53,307 nucleotides of DNA, taken from contig JANOAV010000098.1 of NCBI GenBank assembly GCA_031411295.1, positions 1 through 53,307 of the forward strand. Direction: 5' to 3'. The notes beneath the pieces were generated by a model that was given only the letters and a program-made list of their open reading frames with translations, ran no database searches and was not told the DNA's origin. This document shows positions 10,801 to 19,359 of the stretch, piece after piece; position 1 is the first letter of the stretch, and each line of letters opens with the position of its first letter. The position numbers were made by a program, and so were the translations under genes. This DNA comes from Verrucomicrobiales bacterium (GTDB taxonomy: Bacteria > Verrucomicrobiota > Verrucomicrobiia > Verrucomicrobiales > V1-33).

Positions 10801-12591
10801 AACCACACCACGCTCTTTGCCACCGCCGATGGCAACAAGAGCCATCCGCTTTACGGCAACTCTTTATGCCAGACGACAGACTACGCTGGCGCGGGCTACA
10901 ATCGATTTTATGACGCCATCATTTCCCTGCCCCGGACTCGCGCCATGCTCCTCCGCCGGATCCGCTCGTTGATGGACGCCTATCTCCAGCCGCCCGGCAC
11001 AGTGAATGGCTTCTTCGAGCAGCAGCTCGACGCGCACATTGCCCGCATCGCGCCCGAGGTGGCGCAGGACAAGGCACAATGGGGCTGGCCGGCGGTCGGA
11101 GGACCCTACGGGCTGGGCAACGATGACCTCACCACGGCAGTTAATGAAATCAAAACGCTGTTCATCGCACCCCGTCGCACCCACTATTTCACCACCCACA
11201 CCTCCATGACCAATGTTGGCATCGCGAACACCAACAGCGCTGGGATTCCCAGCGCCCCACAGGCCGCGAGCTTCCCGATGACCATTACGGCTTACGACTA
11301 CAATCCAACAGATGCGGGCAAACAAAATGCGGAATGGATTCAGCTCACGAATCCGAACGCCTTTGACGCGGACATCAGCGGATGGACGCTTTCCGGCGGA
11401 GTCAATTTCACTTTCAAAGGTGGCACGGTCGTCCCCGCAGGCGCTTCTATTTACGTCTCGCCACGCCAGCAGAGCTTCCGCGCGCGAACCACCACGCCAC
11501 GCGGTGGCGAAGGTAAATTTATCGTTGGGCCCTATAGTGGTCAGATTTCCGCCCGCGGAGAAATCATCCAATTGCGCGATCCCGCCAGCCTCCTGGTCAC
11601 CAGTGTGAACACTCCGGCAAATCCCACCGCAGGACAGCAGCAACTGCGAATCACTGAACTAAATTTCAATCCCGCAGTCCCAACCTCTGGAGAACTGTCG
11701 GCCTTGCCGGGTGTCGGGGTGAGCGATTTCGAATGGATTGAGATCCTGAATTCCGGGGCCGCTCTCAACGTAGGCGGGGCGATGTTTACCAAAGGCGTCA
11801 CGTTTACCTTTCCGACCGGCTTTACGATCGCTGCGGGTGCCCGCGTGATCCTTGTCGCCAACCAACCCGCGTTCCTCCGACGCTATGGCGCAGGTGCGAC
11901 CATCGCTGGAACCTTCGCTGGCAACCTCGATAACTCTGGCGAGGAAATCGAAATCATTGATCCCACCGGAGAAGTCATCCTCGATTTTCGCTACGAAAAC
12001 AGTTGGTTCCCACCGGCCGATGGCACTGGTCGCACGTTAGTCGTCCGCAACGCGCTGCCGAACTACGCGACCTACGATGCGCCTACGCATTGGGCCATCA
12101 GTGGCAGCGTGAACGGCTCACCTGGCATGACGGATGCCGACTTCGCCAACCACTTCGAAGGCTGGCTTTGGGATCAGTTCACCGAGGCGGAAATTTATCT
12201 CCCCTCCCCACCCAACCCCAGCCGCACCGCCAATTTTGCGCTCGTCGGTCCTGACGCCGATGCCGATGAAGACGGCCTCAATAATCTTGGCGAATATGCC
12301 TTCTGTCGCAACGCCCGAGCGCAGGACAACTACGGTCTCACAACCGCAGGGACCACCACGGTTGGTCCCGACACGTTTCTCACCATCACCTTCACCCGTC
12401 GGCATAAAGCACTCGATCTCACTTACACCATCGAGACCTCCGAGACCCTCGATGGGACCTGGACTCCAACCACCGAACAAGTCGGCCCCACCACCGACCT
12501 TGGAAATGGGGCGGAGCAAGTCACCTTTCGTGACACCGTGCCACAGAACGCCAGCCGCCGCTTCATTCGCGTCCAAGCAATGCAGCCCTGA
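7879..12591 (+). CDS. Large secreted CotH-kinase-family protein with lamin-tail domains, LamG domain and C-terminal Ca-binding/beta domain
   Basis: LTD motifs (ITEFLASN...EDWLE; AEWIQLTNP...DISGW; ITELNFNP...EWIEILN); LamG (DGQWHHVAFVY...LDEVRMYN); CotH (IRIKGDTTR, LNAEYVDPS, PYDLNLSWG). Confidence 0.85.
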   Translation: MLRHLLIVLLGLATPVHAQLAITEFLASNSTGLQDELGNEEDWLEVSNVSTGTVALSGWYLTDEAANLRKWPLPAWTLAAGNRFVVFASNRNRLPAQTTPGADNAGTPASPRLATNFKISANAGGYLGLTKDGAGGAIAVVSSFANYPKQVANVSYGPSITTLSLVTASSPVKALVPTVANGGSTLGASWRGGAEPFDDASWAAGTTGVGRAAAATMVSAANLKLRLNANDAATLVTDTSGAGRNGVNGAGALNLVTFEAATTDTQASPVLRRGAMKFDQAVSPRVTVESASHTDFNSTSGTIMFWMKPGAVAGSGSTGMLLWNRRDSIGTWLVMKGPSDASAGKLFSQTGGGAISFHSNARVDDGQWHHVAFVYNQTAAGTDTFYIDGVASGSVTHGAAWAWPAAQPVTLAYSPSSTFWYKYNGLLDEVRMYNTPLTAPQIASIYNGADEDVATVDVGLSVSAALPGNAGAFLRIPFTVANPATFSSLRLTSRVNDGFVAYLNGLPLDSLNAPASPGFSSVATSTALATRTRVADVSLAGLTSGTNILAIHAMNNSTSDPNFLSHHLLEGVSLDATANYLLTATPGAANGGIRTAIGPFVSKVTGSPGDLVPRPAGGPGSPNITIKATVTPSLRPLAASNPVQLAYRLMFNAEVVVNMTAGAGGVYTASIPTTGLTAGQMLRWRILASDNTAVSTTAPDYLSTTDSDQYYGTVAVDSTSTQLPLYHVFVSGTYTFNNTSPIDGNTGGRASFFYDGELYDNVFIRIKGDTTRNLLKRAHRVDFNSGHQLRWAPGQKRLRELNLNAEYVDPSYSRQFLSMWFHRLSGTGGANHFPVRCHLNGVFWQLAFHTETQDFELLDNLGLDPNGAFYCSIGTMSGAAGEKQTRTTEGTTDMASFVTAITQTNLTTRENNVFDQVDLPAVINYLAAARMMQEADDVWANMCIHRDSDGTGEWRIVPYDLNLSWGQLYYGQQTNHTTLFATADGNKSHPLYGNSLCQTTDYAGAGYNRFYDAIISLPRTRAMLLRRIRSLMDAYLQPPGTVNGFFEQQLDAHIARIAPEVAQDKAQWGWPAVGGPYGLGNDDLTTAVNEIKTLFIAPRRTHYFTTHTSMTNVGIANTNSAGIPSAPQAASFPMTITAYDYNPTDAGKQNAEWIQLTNPNAFDADISGWTLSGGVNFTFKGGTVVPAGASIYVSPRQQSFRARTTTPRGGEGKFIVGPYSGQISARGEIIQLRDPASLLVTSVNTPANPTAGQQQLRITELNFNPAVPTSGELSALPGVGVSDFEWIEILNSGAALNVGGAMFTKGVTFTFPTGFTIAAGARVILVANQPAFLRRYGAGATIAGTFAGNLDNSGEEIEIIDPTGEVILDFRYENSWFPPADGTGRTLVVRNALPNYATYDAPTHWAISGSVNGSPGMTDADFANHFEGWLWDQFTEAEIYLPSPPNPSRTANFALVGPDADADEDGLNNLGEYAFCRNARAQDNYGLTTAGTTTVGPDTFLTITFTRRHKALDLTYTIETSETLDGTWTPTTEQVGPTTDLGNGAEQVTFRDTVPQNASRRFIRVQAMQP

Positions 12592-12603
12592 TCGGAAAGT
12601 CAG

Positions 12604-14118
12604 ATGCCAAATCTCCCAAAGCCAACAATCAATTGGATCAAATCACTGGCCTATAAAATGAAATTCTCCATCATCGCTGCTGCCACCTTACCAATTCAAG
12701 GCCTGCTTTGCCTCGGGACTAACGCCTTGGGTGCGGAAGCGAATTTCTGGGACGAGATTCCAGCTTCGCCCAGCACCCTGATGCCGCTGCAAGTTAAGGA
12801 CGACTATTGGAGCGGGCAGTTTCAACGGGTCAACCGGGAGGTGTCCCAGGCCCAGCAGACAGCGATGGTTTTCTTTGGCGATTCGATCACTTGGAATTGG
12901 TCGTTAGGCAGCACCAAGGGCCAGGAGGTATGGCAGGAAAACTATGCCCGCTACCATCCCATCAACATGGGCAACTCTGGTGATATCACTCCGGTGATGC
13001 TTTACCGGGTGACTCACGGCAATCTGGATTTTGTCGTCGGCAAGCACCCGAAAGTAGCCGTGCTGCTCTGCGGCGTTAACAACTTCATGGTGACCCAAAG
13101 TGACGGCGGCAAGGAGAAGTGGGATCTGGGAGCCAAGTGTCCTCCGGTGGACATTGCTGAGGGCAAACGGGCGATCGCTCAAGTATTCCGCCGTCGCTTG
13201 CCAACGACTCGCCTGATCTTGTTAGGCATCCTGCCCGTGGCCGATAAAGTTAAATGGGCAAAGTGCCAGCAGGTCAACGCCAGCAACGCGGCCGTTGTGA
13301 GCAATCGGGATGAAGTGGTTTACCTTGATCTCCAGGATAAATTTCTCCAAGCCGATAGGTCGCTCAACGCCAGCTTGTTTACGGACGGCATCCATTTGAC
13401 GACGGAGGGATACCGCGTCTGGGCCCAGGGCATCGAACCCGTGGTGCAGCAACTCATGGAGGCCCCGCCACTTGCTCCGAAAAAGATCATGCTGATCGGG
13501 GACTCTCTCACCGAAGGGCCCGACTCAAATGCTTCTTACCGACGTTATTTAGACGGCATGCTGCGCAGGAGCGGGCATCTGATCGATTTCATAGGCAGTC
13601 GGAAGAAACACCATGACGACAAAACAGAACCGGACAATTATCAATACGACGTGGATCACGAGGGCCATTGGGGCAAAGATACCGCTTGGATGGCGGAACA
13701 CTTGCCAGGCTTGCTTACTACTGACGTGCCCGATGTGGCAGTGATTCAGTTGGGCACCGATGAGATCGCCTCCAGCAAGACTGCCGCTGGTCCACTGACC
13801 GACCAGATGATCCTGAACCTGAAGCAAGTGATCGCAGCGCTCAGATCAAAAAACGCGAATGTAAAAATCGTCCTTTCCAAACTTCTCCCCCTGCCGGGGA
13901 AGAAAGCTGTCATCGATCTCCTGAATGAGAAGATTGCAACATACACCCAATCCCATTCCTCGAGCCTGCAACCCATGGTTTTGGCAGATCCGAATGCAGG
14001 ATGGGCTGCCACTAAAGATGTGACCAGCGACGGTCTGCTGCCCACCGTCAGCGGAGCCAGCAAACTAACGGGAACCATCTCCGCAGCGATCAATCGACTG
14101 CTGGAGATGCCTAAGTGA
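12604..14118 (+). CDS. Tandem SGNH/GDSL hydrolase (two domains)
   Basis: Domain 1: GDSI, GNSG, GVNN, DGIH. Domain 2: GDSL, HEGHWG, GTDE, DGLLP. Start may be 12658. Confidence 0.85.
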   Translation: MPNLPKPTINWIKSLAYKMKFSIIAAATLPIQGLLCLGTNALGAEANFWDEIPASPSTLMPLQVKDDYWSGQFQRVNREVSQAQQTAMVFFGDSITWNWSLGSTKGQEVWQENYARYHPINMGNSGDITPVMLYRVTHGNLDFVVGKHPKVAVLLCGVNNFMVTQSDGGKEKWDLGAKCPPVDIAEGKRAIAQVFRRRLPTTRLILLGILPVADKVKWAKCQQVNASNAAVVSNRDEVVYLDLQDKFLQADRSLNASLFTDGIHLTTEGYRVWAQGIEPVVQQLMEAPPLAPKKIMLIGDSLTEGPDSNASYRRYLDGMLRRSGHLIDFIGSRKKHHDDKTEPDNYQYDVDHEGHWGKDTAWMAEHLPGLLTTDVPDVAVIQLGTDEIASSKTAAGPLTDQMILNLKQVIAALRSKNANVKIVLSKLLPLPGKKAVIDLLNEKIATYTQSHSSSLQPMVLADPNAGWAATKDVTSDGLLPTVSGASKLTGTISAAINRLLEMPK

Positions 14119-14173
14119 TGGGGCCACTTTACTCCCCCACCCAACCCCATTTAGGGGCAGGTTACTTCGGTTC

Positions 14174-16756
14174 ATGAAACTTGCATGTGCTGGGGATGCA
14201 GAGAAATTCAGTCTTAAACCCGTGAATTGCATTCTCACCCTTAGCATGATTTGTTGCTCCACTGTCGCCCTGGCAGCGGACGCGGAAGGCGTTGGTGCTG
14301 CGGCATTTAATTCCCAAGTGCAGCCCTTCTTTAAGACCAATTGCGTCAAATGCCACGGCCCTGAGAAAAGTAAGGGCAAGATGACCCTGCACACGCTCGA
14401 CGGGAACCTGAACGGCGGGCACAACGTCGAGCAATGGGAAAAAATTCTAGAAGCGCTCAAGAGTGGCGAAATGCCCCCCGAGGACGAACCGCAACCCAAA
14501 GCGGAGGATCGTCTGGCCGTGGCAAGCTGGATTGAGTCTGGTTTACGTCGCTACATCGAGGCCAATCAGAAGGTTGAACCCGTGGCCACGACCCGCCGCC
14601 TAACCAACTTCGAGTATCAGAACACAATGCGGGATCTGTTCGGTTTCGAACTCAAGCTGAGCGACAAACTGCCCGTGGATCCAGTAAAGGCCTATCGATT
14701 CAACAACACCGCCGACTTCATGCTGCTGGGCCCGGAGCAACTGGACCGTTACCGGGAGTGCGCCCAGCGGGTGCTGGCTAGTGCCATTGTGGCGGCGGAA
14801 AAACCGGAGGTGCATCGAACGAAGGTGGACTTTAAATCGGATCGGCCGGCCGAAAGTGGAGTTCAACCCGACGAAGTGATTCCGGGCGCGGAGAATAAGA
14901 GTTTACGGCTCAAGAGTTGGCCGCAGACTGGTGAGTTTCGGATGCAATTCACCGCCTCTGCCATCCTGCCCGCAGGGATCCATGAAATGCCGCTGCGCTT
15001 GGTGATGGGCTACAATCTGGATGAAAACAGTTCGATGTTTCAGATGGAGCCGGTCGGCACCGTGACCTTGAAAAACAATCTGGATCATCCCCAAACCTTT
15101 GAGTTGCGGGGACGGATTGAGAATTATCCGGTGCGCCCGGGAATCAACGTGGAGCGTCGAGGGGTGCAACCGCCAACGATGACGGTTACTTTGCAGAACC
15201 TCTATAGTAATGGACGTCCTAACGATAACCTGCGGGGCATCGAATATAGTTTGCCGCGGGCGGTGGTCTCGTCGGTCGAGTTCGAGGCGCCCATCCTCGA
15301 TGTTTGGCCACCCGAGCACCACACGCGGATTCTATTTCCCTCCCCGCTGCGGGAAAGCGATCCGGCGGCCTATGTCCGGGAAGTGCTTGCACGCTTCCTC
15401 CCACGGGCCTTCCGCCGTCCAGTGGCGGCGGCGGAAATTGCGCTTTTTACCGAGCACTATCAACAAACGGCAGCGACCTTTTCCAGCTTTGAAGAGGCCA
15501 TGCGTGACACGCTGTCGTTGGTGCTGGTTTCGCCTCAATTTCTTTACCACACGGACACGGCAGCCGACGGAACCCCGACCCGCCACTATGAGTTGGCTGC
15601 CAAACTCTCTTATTTTCTCTGGGGCAGCATGCCTGATGACGAGTTGATGAGTCTGGCCGCCCAAGCCCGCCTGCGTGATCCAGTCGTCGTGCAACAGCAA
15701 GTCCTGCGGATGCTGGCGGACCGACGCGCAGAGGCGTTCGTCGAAAATTTCACCTCGCAGTGGTTGGGGACCAATAAAGTCAAAGGAGTGAGTATCAATC
15801 GGGATCTGTTTCCCCGTTTCCTCGCGCTGGTCATCAATGGCGAAAGAGCAGGCACGGAGGTGCCTTATCGCCCCACCATTCGGGATTATATGTGTCAGGA
15901 AACGGCGGGCTTTTTTGCAGAACTGATCCGGCAAAATGCCAGTGTGCTGAATCTCGTTGACTCAAACTTCGCTTATCTCAACGAACCCCTGGCGCAGCAT
16001 TATGGCGTGCCGGGAGTGGAAGGATTGGCGTTGCGAGCCGTCGCGATCAAGCCGGAGCATCATCTCGGCGGACTCTTAACCCAAGGGGCCATTCTGGTTG
16101 GCAACTCCACCGGGTCCGCGCCCCATCCGATCTATCGCGCGGTCTGGTTGCGCGAAGCGATTCTGGGTGACGACGTCAAGCCGCCGCCAGCCGAAGTTCC
16201 CGCGCTGTCCGATTCCGCTGGCAAGGCGGCGGATAATGCGACCAGCATCGCAGAAATGCTGCGGCAGCACCGCAAGGTGGAGAGTTGCAGTGATTGCCAT
16301 GTGCGCCTCGACCCCTGGGGAATTCCGTTCGAGGAGTATAATTCCATTGGCCGCTACCAACCTTTGGTTCCGAAAAACGGCGTCAGACTGCGGGGTTTTA
16401 ACCTCGAACAGGATAAAGATTTGGCCGGCTATGAGGCGTATCTCAAGACGGTTAATACCGTCAAACTGGAGGCCGCTGCACGGGTGCCAAGCGGGCCGGA
16501 GATCAACGGGGTGGCGGAACTCAAAGCCTACTTGCTGCGTGAGAAAAAGACCGAAATAGTCACCAATGTGATTCGTCGGCTCCTGACCTACGGAATCGGC
16601 CGACCCCTCACCTTCCGGGATCGGTTCACCGTGGAATCATTGCTCCAGCAGGCCAAAACGAACGATTACAAATTGCGGGACCTGATCGTGGCGGTCTGTC
16701 AAAGCAAGACCTTTCAAGGCAATCCCATTAAATCATCAGCAAGCACCACCCCATGA
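14174..16756 (+). CDS. Planctomycete-type cytochrome c / DUF1587-1595-1592-1588-1585 (PSD) domain protein
   Basis: CVKCHG heme motif, RRLTNFEYQNT, RAFRRP, LSYFLWGSMPD, YLNEPLAQHYG, HPIYRAVWL, CSDCH, YGIGRPL. Start may be GTG 14222. Confidence 0.9.
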   Translation: MKLACAGDAEKFSLKPVNCILTLSMICCSTVALAADAEGVGAAAFNSQVQPFFKTNCVKCHGPEKSKGKMTLHTLDGNLNGGHNVEQWEKILEALKSGEMPPEDEPQPKAEDRLAVASWIESGLRRYIEANQKVEPVATTRRLTNFEYQNTMRDLFGFELKLSDKLPVDPVKAYRFNNTADFMLLGPEQLDRYRECAQRVLASAIVAAEKPEVHRTKVDFKSDRPAESGVQPDEVIPGAENKSLRLKSWPQTGEFRMQFTASAILPAGIHEMPLRLVMGYNLDENSSMFQMEPVGTVTLKNNLDHPQTFELRGRIENYPVRPGINVERRGVQPPTMTVTLQNLYSNGRPNDNLRGIEYSLPRAVVSSVEFEAPILDVWPPEHHTRILFPSPLRESDPAAYVREVLARFLPRAFRRPVAAAEIALFTEHYQQTAATFSSFEEAMRDTLSLVLVSPQFLYHTDTAADGTPTRHYELAAKLSYFLWGSMPDDELMSLAAQARLRDPVVVQQQVLRMLADRRAEAFVENFTSQWLGTNKVKGVSINRDLFPRFLALVINGERAGTEVPYRPTIRDYMCQETAGFFAELIRQNASVLNLVDSNFAYLNEPLAQHYGVPGVEGLALRAVAIKPEHHLGGLLTQGAILVGNSTGSAPHPIYRAVWLREAILGDDVKPPPAEVPALSDSAGKAADNATSIAEMLRQHRKVESCSDCHVRLDPWGIPFEEYNSIGRYQPLVPKNGVRLRGFNLEQDKDLAGYEAYLKTVNTVKLEAAARVPSGPEINGVAELKAYLLREKKTEIVTNVIRRLLTYGIGRPLTFRDRFTVESLLQQAKTNDYKLRDLIVAVCQSKTFQGNPIKSSASTTP

Positions 16757-18093
16757 AACAAAAATCCTGGCATCTCGATCGGCGTGAATTCCTCAAGGGA
16801 GGCGGCATGGCGTTGGCCCTGCCATTGCTTAATGCCATGAGTTGGGGCAAAACGGCCCCCGCCAACAAAATGCCCAAACGCATGATGATCGGCTACATGG
16901 CTTACGGTGTTTATGAGCCCAAGGGAGAGAAGGATCTTCATCATGATTGGAATTGGTGGCCCTGCAAGGATCCCGGTCCGTTGACCTTTACCAAATCGGC
17001 GGCCCCCTTCGAACCGCTCAAGGATTATGTGACTTATCTGCGCGGACTTGATCACGCAGGCGGATGGGCGCTCGGTGGACACAGCAGTGGAGATGTCTTC
17101 GCCACTGGTGCGGACATGATGAACGCGGAGAAGACCAACAACATTTCCATCGACCAGGTGGCTGCCAACATCCGCGGGCACGAAACGCGTTATCCGTCCT
17201 TGGTGTTAGGCACGGAGGGCGGCACCGGCTCCTATGGTTCGTGCAAGACACTGTCCCATTACGGACCCGGTCGGCCGATCCCGTCCATGGAAAAGCCCCA
17301 GGAAATTTTCAACCGCATCTTCCAGCCTTATGCTGGCAAAACCGTCGAGGAGATTCGCGCAGGGCTGAAGCGGGAGGCCAGCGTGCTGGACATGATGCTG
17401 GCCCAAAGCAAAAGCATGAAGCAGCGCCTCGGCCACGAAGATCAGGGGAAAATGAATGAATATCTGGATTCGATCCGCTCCCTCGAACAACGCGTCGAAC
17501 GCACCAGTCGCTGGACGCAGGAGCCGCTGCCAAAGGTCGATACCAAGGGTCTAAATCTGGAAGTGTCGCACAAGGATCCGCTGGAATATATTCGCTGCAT
17601 GTATGACTTGATCTATCTGGCCTTTCAGACGGATTCCACCCGCTTCGCGACCCTCATGCTGGAAAGTGAGAGTTCGCAGGGCAGTGAATTGTGGAACTAT
17701 GCGACCTATACCTTGGGCTATAAAGGGGCCACCCATGACATCGCCCACAAGCGACCGCCCGAATCCGGCCTCTGGGATAACTGGCGCGCCCAGCAGCACG
17801 CTTACTTCCTGAAACGTCTGCGGGATACCAAGGAAGGTGATGGCAATATGCTCGACAACACGGTGGTGCTCTGGGGTTCAGCCCATCCGCACGAATCCCA
17901 CACCGGCAAGAAATACCCGCTGCAACTGGCAGGCGGCAACAATTTTGGGTTCAAACATGGCAAGCTGCACGCCTTCGAGGGCGATAAGAAAGTGCCGCTC
18001 GCTAACGCGTTCGTTTCGATGCTCAAAGCCGTGGATGCCCCGGTGACCAAATTTGCCGACAGCACCGGTGAGATGCCGATTCTCTTTGGATAG
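16753..18093 (+). CDS. DUF1552 (HXXSHH-family) Tat-exported protein, partner of the DUF1592 gene
   Basis: LDRREFLKGGG Tat motif, ISIDQVAA, YLDSIRSLEQR, AFQTDSTR, MLDNTVVLWGS; overlaps the upstream stop (ATGA). Confidence 0.9.
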   Translation: MKQKSWHLDRREFLKGGGMALALPLLNAMSWGKTAPANKMPKRMMIGYMAYGVYEPKGEKDLHHDWNWWPCKDPGPLTFTKSAAPFEPLKDYVTYLRGLDHAGGWALGGHSSGDVFATGADMMNAEKTNNISIDQVAANIRGHETRYPSLVLGTEGGTGSYGSCKTLSHYGPGRPIPSMEKPQEIFNRIFQPYAGKTVEEIRAGLKREASVLDMMLAQSKSMKQRLGHEDQGKMNEYLDSIRSLEQRVERTSRWTQEPLPKVDTKGLNLEVSHKDPLEYIRCMYDLIYLAFQTDSTRFATLMLESESSQGSELWNYATYTLGYKGATHDIAHKRPPESGLWDNWRAQQHAYFLKRLRDTKEGDGNMLDNTVVLWGSAHPHESHTGKKYPLQLAGGNNFGFKHGKLHAFEGDKKVPLANAFVSMLKAVDAPVTKFADSTGEMPILFG

Positions 18094-18095
18094 CC

Positions 18096-19247
18096 ATGCA
18101 ATGCTTCACCCATACCTTCAAGGCCTTGAAGGCCCTGCTGCTTGCCAGCGTCACTCTGCTCGTCAGCCTTGGCGCTGTGCTGCGCGCGGAAGACTTGCCC
18201 AAAGCATTGATCCTTGGCGACACCCTTTACAGCGGGTTATCCGGGTTGGTAACAAACGAACTCAAGGGGCGAGTGCAGGTCGTTTACAAACATCCCGGCA
18301 GCACCAGCGCGGCCTTGGCGCAGTTGGATCAACTGCTCGGCCAGGACAAATGGGCCGTGATTCATTTTAACTTTGGCTTGGCCGATTTGCACTATCGAGA
18401 CCCTGGCACGACGTCCGTTCGCCTGATGAGCAAGGAAGCTGGCGGTGTTCTCGTCACTCCGCCCGACCAATACGGCAAGAATCTGCAAGAGATAGTCAAG
18501 CGACTGAAGGCTACTGGCGCGAAATTGATCTGGGCCAATACCGCCCCTATCAAAACTTCCGGCCCATTGTATGACGCCGGTTCGGAAGTTGCTTACAATG
18601 AGATAGCCGCCCGCATCATGACCACGAACGGAGTTGCCATCAATGACATGAACTCCTTCGCCACTGCGCTTGCGGCCACCACCAGAGGGGATCCAAGTCC
18701 CTTTTACAGCAAGATCCCGCTGCAACCACTGATCATCCGCAGCATTCTCCGCGCCTTGAATCTGAAATCTGAACCAAAGGACTGGCCGGCCGCTCCGGCT
18801 AAACACATCGTCAAGGTCCGTCGCGATGGCCGTGACGCCACGCAGACCGCCATGATTGCTGCCGCTGAGGCGGGCCCTAAAGTTTGGTGGTCGCAAGAGC
18901 AACTCGGCGTGCGGGTGCCGACTGCGATCACGGCTGATGCCGTGACCTATTATTCCGACCTGGTGGGAAACTACGGCAAACAAGTCCTCAAAAGCTCTGC
19001 GGAACCGTTCAGTCAACTCGACTATCACGCCGGAATTCAGCTTCACAAAGAGTTTAAGCTGGGCGAGAAAACCTTCGCAAACGTCCATGTCGTCACTCTC
19101 AAACTGACTTTCGACCAATATTTCGCAGCCACCCCGGCTGATGGAATGCATTTCCAGAAGGAGCGAGTGGTCGTGCTCGATGCCACTGGCAAGGTGCTGT
19201 CCATCCTTGGCGATGGCCCGACCGAAGTTTCCATCATCGCAATCTGA
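18096..19247 (+). CDS. SGNH-fold protein (degenerate catalytic motifs) fused to an uncharacterised C-terminal domain
   Basis: LILGDTL, IHFNFGLAD, KLIWANTAP, YNEIAARIM..INDM typical of PVC SGNH proteins; extra ~150-aa C-terminal region. Confidence 0.7.
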   Translation: MQCFTHTFKALKALLLASVTLLVSLGAVLRAEDLPKALILGDTLYSGLSGLVTNELKGRVQVVYKHPGSTSAALAQLDQLLGQDKWAVIHFNFGLADLHYRDPGTTSVRLMSKEAGGVLVTPPDQYGKNLQEIVKRLKATGAKLIWANTAPIKTSGPLYDAGSEVAYNEIAARIMTTNGVAINDMNSFATALAATTRGDPSPFYSKIPLQPLIIRSILRALNLKSEPKDWPAAPAKHIVKVRRDGRDATQTAMIAAAEAGPKVWWSQEQLGVRVPTAITADAVTYYSDLVGNYGKQVLKSSAEPFSQLDYHAGIQLHKEFKLGEKTFANVHVVTLKLTFDQYFAATPADGMHFQKERVVVLDATGKVLSILGDGPTEVSIIAI

Positions 19248-19359
19248 AGAAGCCCAGTAATCACCACGCCAATACCATTGAAAACGCTGCTCGCCATCTT
19301 CACCACGTTCCTCATCAAATTTGTTGTCATTTAAGCCTCCCAACTGTAACGCTCCAGCC

